From the NCBI GenBank assembly GCA_020852855.1, contig JADZAA010000049.1:3449-67448 (forward strand): a stretch of 64,000 bases of DNA. Reading direction: 5' to 3'. Below are positions 30,392-40,905 of this stretch, in pieces; position 1 is the first letter of the stretch, and each line of letters starts with the position of its first letter. The notes under the pieces are model-generated. The model did no database searches, had not been told where the DNA came from, and saw nothing but the letters and a program-made list of their open reading frames with translations. The stretch comes from Bacteroidota bacterium (GTDB lineage: Bacteria; Bacteroidota; Ignavibacteria; Kapaibacteriales; UBA961). The translations under genes were made by a program, and so were the position numbers.

Positions 30392-33181
30392 ATGGCTGAA
30401 AAACGGGATAATATTGTGATTAAGCATATTCCGGCTTCGCAACGGCAAAATGCAGCGGGAGGGGCGGATACGCCGAATCCCGAACCAAAATTTGATAAGC
30501 AGCCACGCACTAAAAGAGAAAAATCCGCGCCGTCGGCCGATACAAGAAAACGCCAATATCAGATTATAGCCGTATTGCTTGCGTGTTTTGCCGCGCTGTT
30601 GTTCGTGGCACTTATTTCCTATACTGCCCGCGACGAAGCCAATACCGAAATGACGTTGCGAGAATTTGTCGGAATTTTTCGCGGCGACCCGGACGCTCGC
30701 GCCAAAGCAGACACAACGCAAAATTGGCTTGGCATCATTGGAGCGATTCTTGCTGACTTCCTTTATAATCATACATTTGGATTTGCTGCACTAATATTGC
30801 CCGTAATTATTGTTTGGTGGGCCAAGCATCTTTTTATTGTGCAATCAATACCGCGCCGTGTGATAAAATACACCTCGACGACGCTGATTTTATGCTTATT
30901 GTTTGCAGGAATAACGGGAACATTGCAATTGATTACATGGTTGCCCGATATTTCTCGCGAGTGGAGCGGTGCCGTCGGCCGGTTTATGGCTGGAATAATA
31001 GGTGATATTATCGGGAAAATAGGAGCATTGCTCGTTTTTATATGCGGAGTAGTGGTTACGGTTATGCTGGGTACAGATATTGACGTAGACCGCGTAACCG
31101 TTCGTGCCCGCTTGCTTTACGGCAGGCTTGCCGATAAATTGGAAAATGCGTACAATAATATGTTTCGGCGCGAAAAGCATATACCGGAACCGATAGTGCC
31201 GGAGCCTTCAAAGCCGACGGAAAAAAAATCTTCTGCAAGGCCTGCCGTGCGGCCGGCTGCGGTGTCGAACGACGATACCGAAAACGAATACGAATACGAA
31301 CCTGCGCGAATTATACGCCGTTCTGTGGAAATCGCCCAAAATCAGTTTCCGGATCCTATTATTCGCCCTACCGAACAAGACGGCAAGTCACCTGAGGTTG
31401 CAAGCGGGCATCATCCCGCAGTGCAAAGGCTAATCGAAAGCGGAGATTTACCGGAAGTGCCGCCGTCCGTTCGACCTATGACTACGTATAAAGATATGCC
31501 GCCGCAACGTTTTGCCTCAAAAACGGACGAAGAACAGCCGATAGCCGCCGCAATACCTACATCCGCAGAATTGCAATCTAAACAGAAACAATTGCCGCCG
31601 GATAATGCAAAACTTACGGTTGAATTGCACGAAGTTCGTCTGCCTGAGCAACAATTGAAATATGTGCCGAAAATTCACGTAACAGACGAAGAAATACAGT
31701 ATTTTCCGCCCACACTCGAGATTCTGTCGCAACACAATGAAAGCGTTCAGCCAATAGACGAAGCCGAGCTGAAGCAAAACGCACGTGCATTGCAGGAAAA
31801 ACTCGAAACGTTCAAAATTTACATTGAAAATTTGGTGGTTACTCCCGGGCCGGTTGTTACACAATACGAATTTGTTCCGGCGCCGGGCATTAAAATATCA
31901 CAGATTGAAAATCTGGCTGACGACATTGCTCTTGCCTTGAAAGCGCGGGGTATTCGCATTATAGCACCCGTGCCGGGCAAAGGAACGGTAGGTATCGAAA
32001 TTCCGAATCATAAACCGTCAATGGTGTTGTTCAGCAGTATTATTCGCTCGCCTAAATTTCACGACTCCGAATTTATGTTGCCGTTGGCACTCGGAAAAAC
32101 CATTACCGGCGATGTATATTGCGCCGACCTTGCAAAAATGCCGCATCTGTTGATAGCAGGTTCGACAGGTTCGGGTAAGTCTGTGGGGATTAACACGTTG
32201 GTAATATCGCTTATATATAAGATGCACCCCAAAGAGCTGAAATTTGTATTTATTGACCCCAAGAAAGTAGAGCTGAGTTTCTTTGGTTTATTGCGCAATC
32301 ATTTCCTTGCGGTGAATCCCGACATTGACGAAACCATAATTACTACGCCGGCCAATGCCGTACTTGTTCTACAGTCGGTAGTTACGGAAATGGAGCGCAG
32401 ATACGATATTTTGGCGGCAGTCGGACAGAAAAACATCAAAGATTACAATGCAAAAATTAAGGAAGGGAAATTCCGCGACACAACAAATCACGTTCATCGT
32501 GCAATGCCTTATATCGTGGTTGTAATTGACGAGCTTGCCGACCTGATGATGACGGCCGCACGCGAAGTGGAAGAGCCGATTACGCGGCTTGCACAATTAG
32601 CCCGCGCTGTGGGAATACACCTGATTGTGGCAACGCAAAGACCATCAGTAGATGTAATTACAGGCATTATTAAGGCTAATTTTCCGGCACGTATTGCCTA
32701 TCAAGTGGCACAGAAAGTAGATTCTCGAACCATAATTGATATGTATGGCGCGGACCAATTGTTAGGCAACGGCGATATGCTGTTTTTACCCGGAGGGTTC
32801 CCGAAACCGCTTCGTATTCAAAATTCATATATTTCCACCGATGAAGTAGAAGCAATTTGCGAGTATATAGGTAAGCAACAAGGCTATACCGAGCCGTATC
32901 TGTTGCCGAGCGTAACCGTTAAGAGCGGCGCGGGAAAATCGGGATTAAGCAATAGTGATTCAAGCGGTCGCGACGATTTGTTCGAGGAGGCGGCAAGGCT
33001 TATTGTGCGTCATCAGCAGGGGTCGGTTTCATTGATTCAGCGCAGGCTGAAAGTGGGCTACTCGCGTGCAGGGCGTATTATGGACGAACTCGAAGCGGCC
33101 GGCATAGTAGGCCCGTTCGACGGCAGTAAAGCGCGCTCGGTGCTGTTGGAAAGCGAGGCCGAACTTGAAGCATATCTATGA
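30392..33181 (+). CDS. ftsK: DNA translocase FtsK/SpoIIIE
   Basis: N-terminal membrane segments and a long Pro/Glu-rich linker. Motor domain has Walker A GSTGSGKSVGIN and Walker B VVVIDELADLM. C-terminal gamma winged helix. Confidence 0.9.
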   Translation: MAEKRDNIVIKHIPASQRQNAAGGADTPNPEPKFDKQPRTKREKSAPSADTRKRQYQIIAVLLACFAALLFVALISYTARDEANTEMTLREFVGIFRGDPDARAKADTTQNWLGIIGAILADFLYNHTFGFAALILPVIIVWWAKHLFIVQSIPRRVIKYTSTTLILCLLFAGITGTLQLITWLPDISREWSGAVGRFMAGIIGDIIGKIGALLVFICGVVVTVMLGTDIDVDRVTVRARLLYGRLADKLENAYNNMFRREKHIPEPIVPEPSKPTEKKSSARPAVRPAAVSNDDTENEYEYEPARIIRRSVEIAQNQFPDPIIRPTEQDGKSPEVASGHHPAVQRLIESGDLPEVPPSVRPMTTYKDMPPQRFASKTDEEQPIAAAIPTSAELQSKQKQLPPDNAKLTVELHEVRLPEQQLKYVPKIHVTDEEIQYFPPTLEILSQHNESVQPIDEAELKQNARALQEKLETFKIYIENLVVTPGPVVTQYEFVPAPGIKISQIENLADDIALALKARGIRIIAPVPGKGTVGIEIPNHKPSMVLFSSIIRSPKFHDSEFMLPLALGKTITGDVYCADLAKMPHLLIAGSTGSGKSVGINTLVISLIYKMHPKELKFVFIDPKKVELSFFGLLRNHFLAVNPDIDETIITTPANAVLVLQSVVTEMERRYDILAAVGQKNIKDYNAKIKEGKFRDTTNHVHRAMPYIVVVIDELADLMMTAAREVEEPITRLAQLARAVGIHLIVATQRPSVDVITGIIKANFPARIAYQVAQKVDSRTIIDMYGADQLLGNGDMLFLPGGFPKPLRIQNSYISTDEVEAICEYIGKQQGYTEPYLLPSVTVKSGAGKSGLSNSDSSGRDDLFEEAARLIVRHQQGSVSLIQRRLKVGYSRAGRIMDELEAAGIVGPFDGSKARSVLLESEAELEAYL

Positions 33182-33298
33182 TATTGGATTTGCTGCTGTT
33201 TTAAGTTAATTTTGCAGACCTTGTGCCGCAATTTGCACAATAAGGTGAATTTTTAATACAAATGAAATCAACATTTATCCAAACAATTCCGTAGAATT

Positions 33299-33817
33299 AT
33301 GAGATCGTTTAGCGAAACAATGCTTGACATAGCTCGAAGTATAACGCCGGAGGCAGAACTTGTCGAGCATCGGAATCAATATACTGTCATTGTGCCGCAA
33401 TCGGCATTGCTTGAAACTTGCCTGGAATTGCGCGACAATCCGCAGTCCGATTTCAAATTGCTGATAGATATTACGGCTATTGACCATAATAAGCGCGGCG
33501 CACGTTTTGAAGTGGTTTATATACTCGCGTCAATTTCCTATAAAACGCGCCTTCGCATCAAAACACCCGTTCAAGAAAAAAATCCGCGCTGCCCGTCGGT
33601 TGTAAATGTGTGGGAATGTGCGGATTGGTATGAGCGCGAAGCGTATGATATGTACGGTATTCATTTCAACGGACATCCGGATTTGCGTCGCTTCTATATG
33701 CCCGAGGATTTTGCAGACCCGCAAACAGGTGAGCCGCTTTATCCGCTTCGCAAAGATTTTCCGCTTATGGGCGTTCCGGGTTCATTGCCCTTACCGCCTC
33801 TGCCTACACGTATCTGA
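33299..33817 (+). CDS. nuoC: NADH-quinone oxidoreductase subunit C (30 kDa subunit), stand-alone
   Basis: ADWYEREAYDMYGIHFNGHPDLRR is the NuoC/Nqo5 signature. No other nuo genes are adjacent. Confidence 0.8.
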   Translation: MRSFSETMLDIARSITPEAELVEHRNQYTVIVPQSALLETCLELRDNPQSDFKLLIDITAIDHNKRGARFEVVYILASISYKTRLRIKTPVQEKNPRCPSVVNVWECADWYEREAYDMYGIHFNGHPDLRRFYMPEDFADPQTGEPLYPLRKDFPLMGVPGSLPLPPLPTRI

Positions 33818-33841
33818 AATAACGATGCAACATGAAACGTA

Positions 33842-33876
33842 GGAAGTGCCGATAGCGGCATTTCCTCCGTTTTTTA
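33842..33876. terminator. Bidirectional hairpin terminator between the convergent nuoC gene and the FN3-repeat protein gene
   Basis: GGAAGTGCC-GATAG-CGGCATTTCC stem followed by TCCGTTTTTT. Confidence 0.5.
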
Positions 33877-33890
33877 TCAAATCAGCCCTT

Positions 33891-35876
33891 CTAACGCGGA
33901 TTGTCCGCAAATTCTATTGAGCGAGAAGCCGACGGACTGCTCCATACGCCGCGTTTCGAGCGAGTACGTAACCGATAATAATACGTTTCGCCCGGACGCA
34001 CGGAAACATCCGGATAGCGTCGATCGGGCGGAGTAATCAATGGGCTTATTTGCACATATCGTTTACCGTCAAGGCTGCGTTCCACCACAACCTCAAAAGG
34101 CAAAATCGGCGCAACGTCCCATTTCCACACTACAATAATGCCCAAATCTTCGATTAGCAGTGAGTCAATTATCGGCGGTAGCGGGCGGCGCACATCGTAA
34201 CTGCGTCCATAAACGCGCAACGATGGTTGTGAAAAAGCAAGATTGCTGTCCTGCGCCACTACTTCATAGGCATATAATATATCGGGCATACCCGAAGTAT
34301 CGTCGTAGTACGTTTGGGCCGGCGGAATAATCTTCGCATTGATGGTTATTGGTGTATAAGTTGTGTCTTCATAACGATTTACCCAATATCCGGCTAAAGC
34401 CGGAAAATCAATAGGCATCCATTTTAATGAAACATTCCTGTCGTAGTTGCCGGTTGAATATATTATCGGGCTTGGCGGAACGGCCTTGCCTTGAATCTTA
34501 CCGAATATGGCCGCTGTCCAATCGCTGCGATTGCCGCGAATGTCGACCGTTCGCGTTTTGTACCACCAAGCCGCACCTTCGCCAACCGTGTCCTCATATA
34601 CGGTGTCGGAAATAGGGGCAGAGATAAGCGTGAATATGCCATGCTCTTTTGCGGACCGAGCGATTTCGTAGAAAGCGGCATCGGGCGATTTGCTGCGCGC
34701 CCAAAGAACAAGCAGTTTGTCGGCATCGGGCGTTACGCCGACAAAGCCCGGGCGCATAGGCGGAATTTCGTCGGGAACGGCAACAATGCTGTGGAAAGAC
34801 GCTTCGCTTTCATTTCCGGCCGAGTCGACCGCAGTTGCAAAATATGCAATTTCTGCCACGGGGATTTGCCCCGGCCTGTCGGTAAAGAAAGTATCTGAAA
34901 CAGGAGTATTGATAAGCCGAACAGTTGAATTTCCCGCTTGGCGATATAAATAAAATCCGGCAATTCGATTTTGTTTGTGCCAAGTATTTTTCCATGATAT
35001 TTTAATTGAATCTCCCGATATTCGAGCCGTAAGTCCTACGGGCGGCATAAGAGGACGATTAGAAGTTACGACTGCCGAAATTTCTTGCCCCGGCACACTT
35101 TCCCTGCCGAAAACATCAAAAGCGATTATACGATAAGTGTATGTTTCACCTTTCTTTAATTTGGAATCTTCGTAAATGAACGGAATGTCACGGTCTTCGG
35201 GAAAAAATGCGGCAAGAATCGGGTGGGGCAAAGTATCTTCGGCCAATCTGTCTTGTTTTCGCAGTATTTTCCAACCGCAAATTCCGCTGTGCAACATTCC
35301 TTGAGTCTTCCACGAGAGTCGAACGGAGTTTCCGGCAACTGTAGCTTTTACATCGGGCGGTTGAAGTTTGGACGGCACGTTGCGCCCTACATCGAATATT
35401 TGCGCCACAATATCAATTCCAATTGATATCTGGTAATCATATCTTGTATTTACACGTGCCGATGAATCGAGAAAGCGGAAATTCAGCATTGAATAAAATA
35501 ATGACGGATGCGCCATTGCCGCTAAATGAAGATCTTCGGCGGTCGTGCGAGTATGTTTGTCCGATACGGCTCTTTGCAATATTGAGGCAAGCGAATCGCG
35601 CAATACTGGTGAAATTGATTTATTGTCGGGAATTTTTGGCTGAACAAAAACCGTGTCAATAGGATAAAACATTGTTATTCCACCCCGCCGCCGCCGTAAA
35701 ATAGTATATCCTTCAGCCGGAAACGGTTGTGCAGGCGACGGCAGCCATCGCAATTCTATTGCATTTCCCGCGCCGCTTCCCCAAGCTCGTGTTTTGTCGC
35801 TGTTTGCCTGCAAAGAGCAAACTGCCGCCAAAAGCGCGAATGACGCTATGAAGAAAAATATTCTCATTTGGGACAA
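33891..35876 (-). CDS. Secreted protein with several fibronectin type III-like repeats
   Basis: Signal peptide. Repeated FN3-like sequence blocks such as YTYRIIAFDVFGRES, KISWKNTW...GFYLYRQ and YYYRLRTRS. No enzymatic motifs. Overlaps the upstream giant ORF by 13 nt, which suggests an operon. Confidence 0.5.
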   Translation of the reverse strand: MSQMRIFFFIASFALLAAVCSLQANSDKTRAWGSGAGNAIELRWLPSPAQPFPAEGYTILRRRRGGITMFYPIDTVFVQPKIPDNKSISPVLRDSLASILQRAVSDKHTRTTAEDLHLAAMAHPSLFYSMLNFRFLDSSARVNTRYDYQISIGIDIVAQIFDVGRNVPSKLQPPDVKATVAGNSVRLSWKTQGMLHSGICGWKILRKQDRLAEDTLPHPILAAFFPEDRDIPFIYEDSKLKKGETYTYRIIAFDVFGRESVPGQEISAVVTSNRPLMPPVGLTARISGDSIKISWKNTWHKQNRIAGFYLYRQAGNSTVRLINTPVSDTFFTDRPGQIPVAEIAYFATAVDSAGNESEASFHSIVAVPDEIPPMRPGFVGVTPDADKLLVLWARSKSPDAAFYEIARSAKEHGIFTLISAPISDTVYEDTVGEGAAWWYKTRTVDIRGNRSDWTAAIFGKIQGKAVPPSPIIYSTGNYDRNVSLKWMPIDFPALAGYWVNRYEDTTYTPITINAKIIPPAQTYYDDTSGMPDILYAYEVVAQDSNLAFSQPSLRVYGRSYDVRRPLPPIIDSLLIEDLGIIVVWKWDVAPILPFEVVVERSLDGKRYVQISPLITPPDRRYPDVSVRPGETYYYRLRTRSKRGVWSSPSASRSIEFADNPR

Positions 35877-38800
35877 ACCAGAGAGCCGATTGAAATGCAG
35901 TCGTTTCGAGAATTTATATCTATAAGCGGGGCTATTGTCCGTACAGATAAAGTCGCACCGGAGATTCTATTCGCATTGGCAATGTAATTTTTTATTTCTA
36001 TTGTATATTCGGATTGTGGCGGCAGGTTACGTTTAAGTTCCATAATTGTGTCGACTACGTTTTTTTTGCCGTCGGCTTCAAAAATCAGAGAGAAAGCAAT
36101 ACGGCTTCCTTGCGCAATTTCGTTTGTTCCGGTATTGCGAATCGCATATACATTACTTGAAATAACAGGTGCTATGTCGCAATTTTCAACTGCACCTACG
36201 CGCGCAGCTGCTATATCGTCGCAAGAACGAAACGATGGGGCGTTCTGCTCAAATTCCCAGTAATTGCCGGCAAACAAGGCTGCAATTTTAACATTAGGCA
36301 ATCCGGCCGACAGCGCATCGTTCCAAGCCGGAAAAGATATTGCGGCGGATTGATTTTCGGCTGTGCGAAGTGTAGTTTCATGAATTTCGGCATATACAGT
36401 GCGTCGTATGGCCGCCGAAACAGAGGCAAAAACCGACAAAGTACCCGCCCCGCAATCGCTTCCCGAAACTAAAGGCTGAAATTCCCATATTCCGCCGTCG
36501 CGCCTATGTTGCTCGGCAAGACTGCCGGCAGATGCAACCGACAAAGCACCCGCACATGGCAGAACGTCGAGTCCGGCTAATGCGCCGCCTTCGTGCTTAT
36601 AGAACGTAGTAAAATCCATTGTTGCCGAAGTGTTGTTTTGCGTAAACAGCAAACGCAGACAAGGCGACAGTTCGCCTTTAGCAATAATATAACCTGCTGT
36701 ATTATGAGAACTTGCGCCGCCTGTTGCAAGTAGCGGTTCAAATACACCGCCAAACTTCACTTCATCGGGCGTTACTGTCAGAGTTGCATTGCGAGCAATA
36801 CATTGCATAGCGGCCGACGGTGCATTTCTATCGTTTTTATCGAATTTTTCAAATAATGTAAGTTGTCCGTTTATACCATTAAACTTAATTGTCGGAGTAT
36901 TGGCACCGCTTGCAACCGAAAGCCCTGTAATGTTAAAGGTATTTCCGGTAAAGTTCAGCGTAGCGGTTCCGGTTAATTGCAGAGGTGCATTGGCTGCGGT
37001 TAATTGCCCCGAAAGATAGCCGTGAGCAAAGCCGAACTCTGGATGAATTACGGCATTGCCGCTGATTTCAAGATAATTTTTCAGTGTTCCGGGTGTTGTA
37101 CCCATAGGATTTACGGCAGTTGCAGCCATTCGTATAAGCCGCCGCGACGTTTCGCCGATCAAAAGTCCGGCACGAATCGAAAAAGGCAATTCGGTAAATA
37201 TTATTTGCGGCGCAGAGATTAACGAAGTATTTTCTACTGAGGAGGAATCACAATGACTTAATGCTATATTCCAGCCGGCACCGAATGTACCTCCGAACAG
37301 CGAAAAAGACTGCGCAAATGCAGGCGGCTCGGGAAAAACAGTCGTACCGGTTGCATACCAAAATAAGCGTCCGTTTGACTTACCGAGAGCGAACTCAACC
37401 GAGAGTTTTGCAGCACCTACGCTATGAAAAGTTGCATTTGGGCGACCAATAAGCCCAAAGCCGGCATCGGGAATGGCACCGAAGCGAAAATTTCCGCTTA
37501 TGTCGAGATTTTTTCCGGCAAAAATAGTTTGACTGACTTCGTCGCTTGTCGGCGTTAATTTTTCGTTTTCGTAAATGCGCAATCGCTTGATTTTTATGCC
37601 GCCGCTTGCGCTTATACCCGATTCTTCCGGCATTTGAATTATACCGCTTGTGCCGAACCACCAGCCTTCGTCGCCGTAACCGATACCTATTTCATTGGCT
37701 GCTATCGGCAAACCGGATATTTCCGCAGTCTTTGCGGGTGCAATTGATGCCCAGCCGTTGTTGCCGAATTTTATAGTTCCGTCCGCTGTAATTTTTAACC
37801 CGGCTATAGAAATAGGCTCATCGGTGTTTGCAGGTAGCAGCGCGGATTCTGTCCATTCTATCATACTTTTGCCCACACTAAGCAAAGAAACCGTGCCGCG
37901 GGAAAATTCAATAGCTCCGTATTTGCCGAACGTTAAGCGAGATTTGGGGCGCGATTCGATAATTCCATGCCAATTCCAGCGTCCGTCGGCAGTAAGGCTT
38001 GCCGATATTTTATCGAAATTTGTGGCTGATTGCGGAAATATCAGCGATTCAGGCAGAAATATTTTACCTGATAATTTCACCAATTGCGGGGCTTGTCGGC
38101 ATATTCCAACGGCTACGGTATCGAGAGCAAGTCGGAATCCGCCGAGTTTTGTGAGCTGTTGTCGTACTTCTACCGATTTCAGACTCAATGCCAAGCCGCC
38201 TTGTACGGGCTCGAGCAAAGCGTTCTGCGCCGAAAAAACTATAGGCTGCGCATCGGTTACGATGGAAAATTGTCCGTTAGGTATAATAATGCCGCGCCAC
38301 AAAGGATTCGACCAACTATCGGCGTACAAGCAAGAATTAGGTGTTGCAAGTGCGGCAAAGTTTGCTTCGGAAGTTAAGTCGAGCAAAAGCTTGTCGGCAC
38401 TGAAATAAATGGGCAAATCGGGTAAATGCGCATTGCGGATTGATGTTTGCAGAGTGATTAGAAGATTTGCCGCATCAGGTTTGTCGAGCGACAGTGCAAA
38501 TCCTCCGCGAGCCGTGCCGTCGGAAGTTGCAATGCAGGGAAGCGAAGCTTCGCCGTGCAGTACGCCTGCGAATATTTTTTGAGATGAAACTGCAAAGCTC
38601 AGCGAATCGAAGTCAAGCGCAAGGCACTCTCCAAAACCCGTATCGCGTCCGTTGCGATGTAATGCAACGCTTCTTGTCTGAAATGGAATTTCTTCCGGCG
38701 TAATGTCTGCATTTTCTATCAGAACTTGTTCAACTCCGCCGCCGAGGCCTATTTCTGACCAATCAACCGAGCAGTTCCCGCTAAAAAATGCCGATTCCGG

Positions 38801-40051
38801 AGTCCAGCGTAATGATATTATATCCAATTCGGTTGCATCGAAGCGAAAGCGTTTCGATACGGATAGCCGGGCTGTAATTTCACCTGAAATTACAGTCGCG
38901 CCGAGAACGGATCGTCGAATGGTAAGTCCGGAAAATTGTACGGCTACGGAATCGCGCAGAAAGTTGACGTAAATTTTTCCGCCGCCGTCAATAATACATT
39001 CGCCTTTACATATTATTGATTTATCGAGATTTATCTTGAATTGTCCTATGATTGCCGATAAAATGCCTGTTTCGACGGCAGATGTGCCGTACTGCGTTTG
39101 GGCGTTGCCGCCGAGCGAGCCGCCGCCGTTGCCGAGGCTTGTACCGCCGCCGCTACCCGAAGACAAATCGCCGCTTTGACTGCCGTTTCGCTTGCCGTCA
39201 GGTGTTGCCGCGTCAAATCTGAAAGTAAAAATCTCGCTTTTGCCATTATTGCGTGCAGCAGGTTTATTTTGCAGGTCTGACGCTTGAATTTGCCAAACAA
39301 ATCCTACGGCATCGGGGAAAAGCGAAAATTGCGGTTGCGCCGGACTATATTGATATGAAATACCCGAAATACCGAATTTTTCGAATAAAACTGGATTGCC
39401 GTCTATTGCGGTACGCGGCGTTTGTCCGTAGAAAACCGGAACTATGCGAAGCGTATACCTAACCGGCGAGCCCATAGTTTGCACGGGTGTCCATGTGAAA
39501 ACCGGGAATGTTCCGTGAGGTAAAGTAGCGTTATTCGCGGGTAAAATAAGCGAAGGCGGTTCAGGAATTAATATTGAAAATAAGCGGCATAATTCGCCTC
39601 CCGCACCGATTTCATTATTTTTCGAATCGAAAAGACGTATGCAGAACTCGTAATTTCCTTCGGGAAGGCTGTTGGTTGTGGCCACTACGGAACGAAGCGA
39701 CGGGTCGACGCTTATAGATTGTTCATTGAATATATCGGCACCGGTTCGAATTGTGGTAGATGCACCGGCGGGAATTGTAAAGCGTGGCATCGAGGCATTG
39801 TTATCTTGCGATTGCGCTATTATTTTCGTGCCGCCGGCTTCGCGCACGATGAAACTGATGCGTGCATCGCGATATTCTGGCGAACCGGACGGATTAAACA
39901 GAATTATCTGAAAAAGAGAACGGTCGCGTTGCCATTCGGCAAGCGAGGCCGGCGTTGGTGTTCGTATGATAACCGACGTTGTAACTTGTGCTAACACTCC
40001 GCAGACGGACAATGTCGCAAATAAAAATAATGTTACAAATAGTTTTGTCAT
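35864..40051 (-). CDS. Giant secreted protein (1395 aa) of unknown function
   Basis: Signal peptide MTKLFVTLFLFATLSVCGVLAQ. Beta-rich, Gly/Ser/Thr-rich composition. No recognised catalytic or sorting motif. Confidence 0.5.
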   Translation of the reverse strand: MTKLFVTLFLFATLSVCGVLAQVTTSVIIRTPTPASLAEWQRDRSLFQIILFNPSGSPEYRDARISFIVREAGGTKIIAQSQDNNASMPRFTIPAGASTTIRTGADIFNEQSISVDPSLRSVVATTNSLPEGNYEFCIRLFDSKNNEIGAGGELCRLFSILIPEPPSLILPANNATLPHGTFPVFTWTPVQTMGSPVRYTLRIVPVFYGQTPRTAIDGNPVLFEKFGISGISYQYSPAQPQFSLFPDAVGFVWQIQASDLQNKPAARNNGKSEIFTFRFDAATPDGKRNGSQSGDLSSGSGGGTSLGNGGGSLGGNAQTQYGTSAVETGILSAIIGQFKINLDKSIICKGECIIDGGGKIYVNFLRDSVAVQFSGLTIRRSVLGATVISGEITARLSVSKRFRFDATELDIISLRWTPESAFFSGNCSVDWSEIGLGGGVEQVLIENADITPEEIPFQTRSVALHRNGRDTGFGECLALDFDSLSFAVSSQKIFAGVLHGEASLPCIATSDGTARGGFALSLDKPDAANLLITLQTSIRNAHLPDLPIYFSADKLLLDLTSEANFAALATPNSCLYADSWSNPLWRGIIIPNGQFSIVTDAQPIVFSAQNALLEPVQGGLALSLKSVEVRQQLTKLGGFRLALDTVAVGICRQAPQLVKLSGKIFLPESLIFPQSATNFDKISASLTADGRWNWHGIIESRPKSRLTFGKYGAIEFSRGTVSLLSVGKSMIEWTESALLPANTDEPISIAGLKITADGTIKFGNNGWASIAPAKTAEISGLPIAANEIGIGYGDEGWWFGTSGIIQMPEESGISASGGIKIKRLRIYENEKLTPTSDEVSQTIFAGKNLDISGNFRFGAIPDAGFGLIGRPNATFHSVGAAKLSVEFALGKSNGRLFWYATGTTVFPEPPAFAQSFSLFGGTFGAGWNIALSHCDSSSVENTSLISAPQIIFTELPFSIRAGLLIGETSRRLIRMAATAVNPMGTTPGTLKNYLEISGNAVIHPEFGFAHGYLSGQLTAANAPLQLTGTATLNFTGNTFNITGLSVASGANTPTIKFNGINGQLTLFEKFDKNDRNAPSAAMQCIARNATLTVTPDEVKFGGVFEPLLATGGASSHNTAGYIIAKGELSPCLRLLFTQNNTSATMDFTTFYKHEGGALAGLDVLPCAGALSVASAGSLAEQHRRDGGIWEFQPLVSGSDCGAGTLSVFASVSAAIRRTVYAEIHETTLRTAENQSAAISFPAWNDALSAGLPNVKIAALFAGNYWEFEQNAPSFRSCDDIAAARVGAVENCDIAPVISSNVYAIRNTGTNEIAQGSRIAFSLIFEADGKKNVVDTIMELKRNLPPQSEYTIEIKNYIANANRISGATLSVRTIAPLIDINSRNDCISIGSLVCPK

Positions 40052-40244
40052 ACCAAAAGGGCTTGTTTCGGATATTCTTCGTCTGTTGCGCGAAATAACG
40101 GCTCGGCACTTAATAAGATAAACTTCTCAAATGAAAAAAAGTTCTGTTTTTGATTCAATGTGTTGCAGTTAAAGAAGTTAGAATGTTTAGGATAATTGCT
40201 TTTTTTATTGGTTCGGCTCTGTTGAGTGCTTTGGTGCAGAGATT

Positions 40245-40814
40245 TTATTCTTCGGCTTCATCGGGTTTTATGCTACGAAAATATCGCCGTGCCTGCGGTA
40301 TCAACCGTATGAAAATTTGGAAGCAAACGATAAGCGTAAGTGCTACTATTTGCGTTGGTTCTGTTGCCGGCGGAATTGTTGTAAGTTGCAACAACGGCGT
40401 TGGTGTAGTCCATATCAGGGCCATAGTTCCAAGGGTTCCCGCCAAATTTCCGATTATTCTCTCTCGGCGTATTACTCCGTAACCTGTTGCCCACATAAGA
40501 GTCCAAACGGCGGCTACAAGCGGATTTATCGCAAGAGCAACTCCTAATGCAGTCGAAATGCCGACATCGTGTTGCCGCGAGAACGGGGAAAAATTATTTG
40601 CAAATACGGCTAATGCGCCTGCTACAGCCATTCCGAAGCCGCCCGCACCCAGAATATACGCACTACCGCATGCAGCCGCTCCTTTGGCAACGTCGAAAAT
40701 CAATCCGATTTTTGCATTAAAATGAAGTCCGAAACGAGCAAATGTGCCGGGTATTATTCCGAATATTATGCCGATAAGGGCAGACATTAGAGCCGTAAAT
40801 ACGGATATTTCCAT
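40245..40814 (-). CDS. plsY: Glycerol-3-phosphate acyltransferase PlsY
   Basis: Multi-TM, ~190 aa. Motifs GIIPGTF, DVAKGAAA and ISTALGVALAINP resemble the PlsY acyl-phosphate:G3P acyltransferase family. Confidence 0.75.
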   Translation of the reverse strand: MEISVFTALMSALIGIIFGIIPGTFARFGLHFNAKIGLIFDVAKGAAACGSAYILGAGGFGMAVAGALAVFANNFSPFSRQHDVGISTALGVALAINPLVAAVWTLMWATGYGVIRRERIIGNLAGTLGTMALIWTTPTPLLQLTTIPPATEPTQIVALTLIVCFQIFIRLIPQARRYFRSIKPDEAEE

Positions 40815-40905
40815 ACGAAGTTTGAAGAGTGCCGGATATGTTTTTTGCAAATTTCCGTAAATTCAGCGGTATTGCTTCAATTCACAAACAAAAAATCTTG
40901 TTTTA

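Noticed and set aside
40150-40482. 110-aa plus-strand ORF overlapping the plsY 3' end
   Set aside because: It is antisense to plsY, whose motifs are clear. No independent support.
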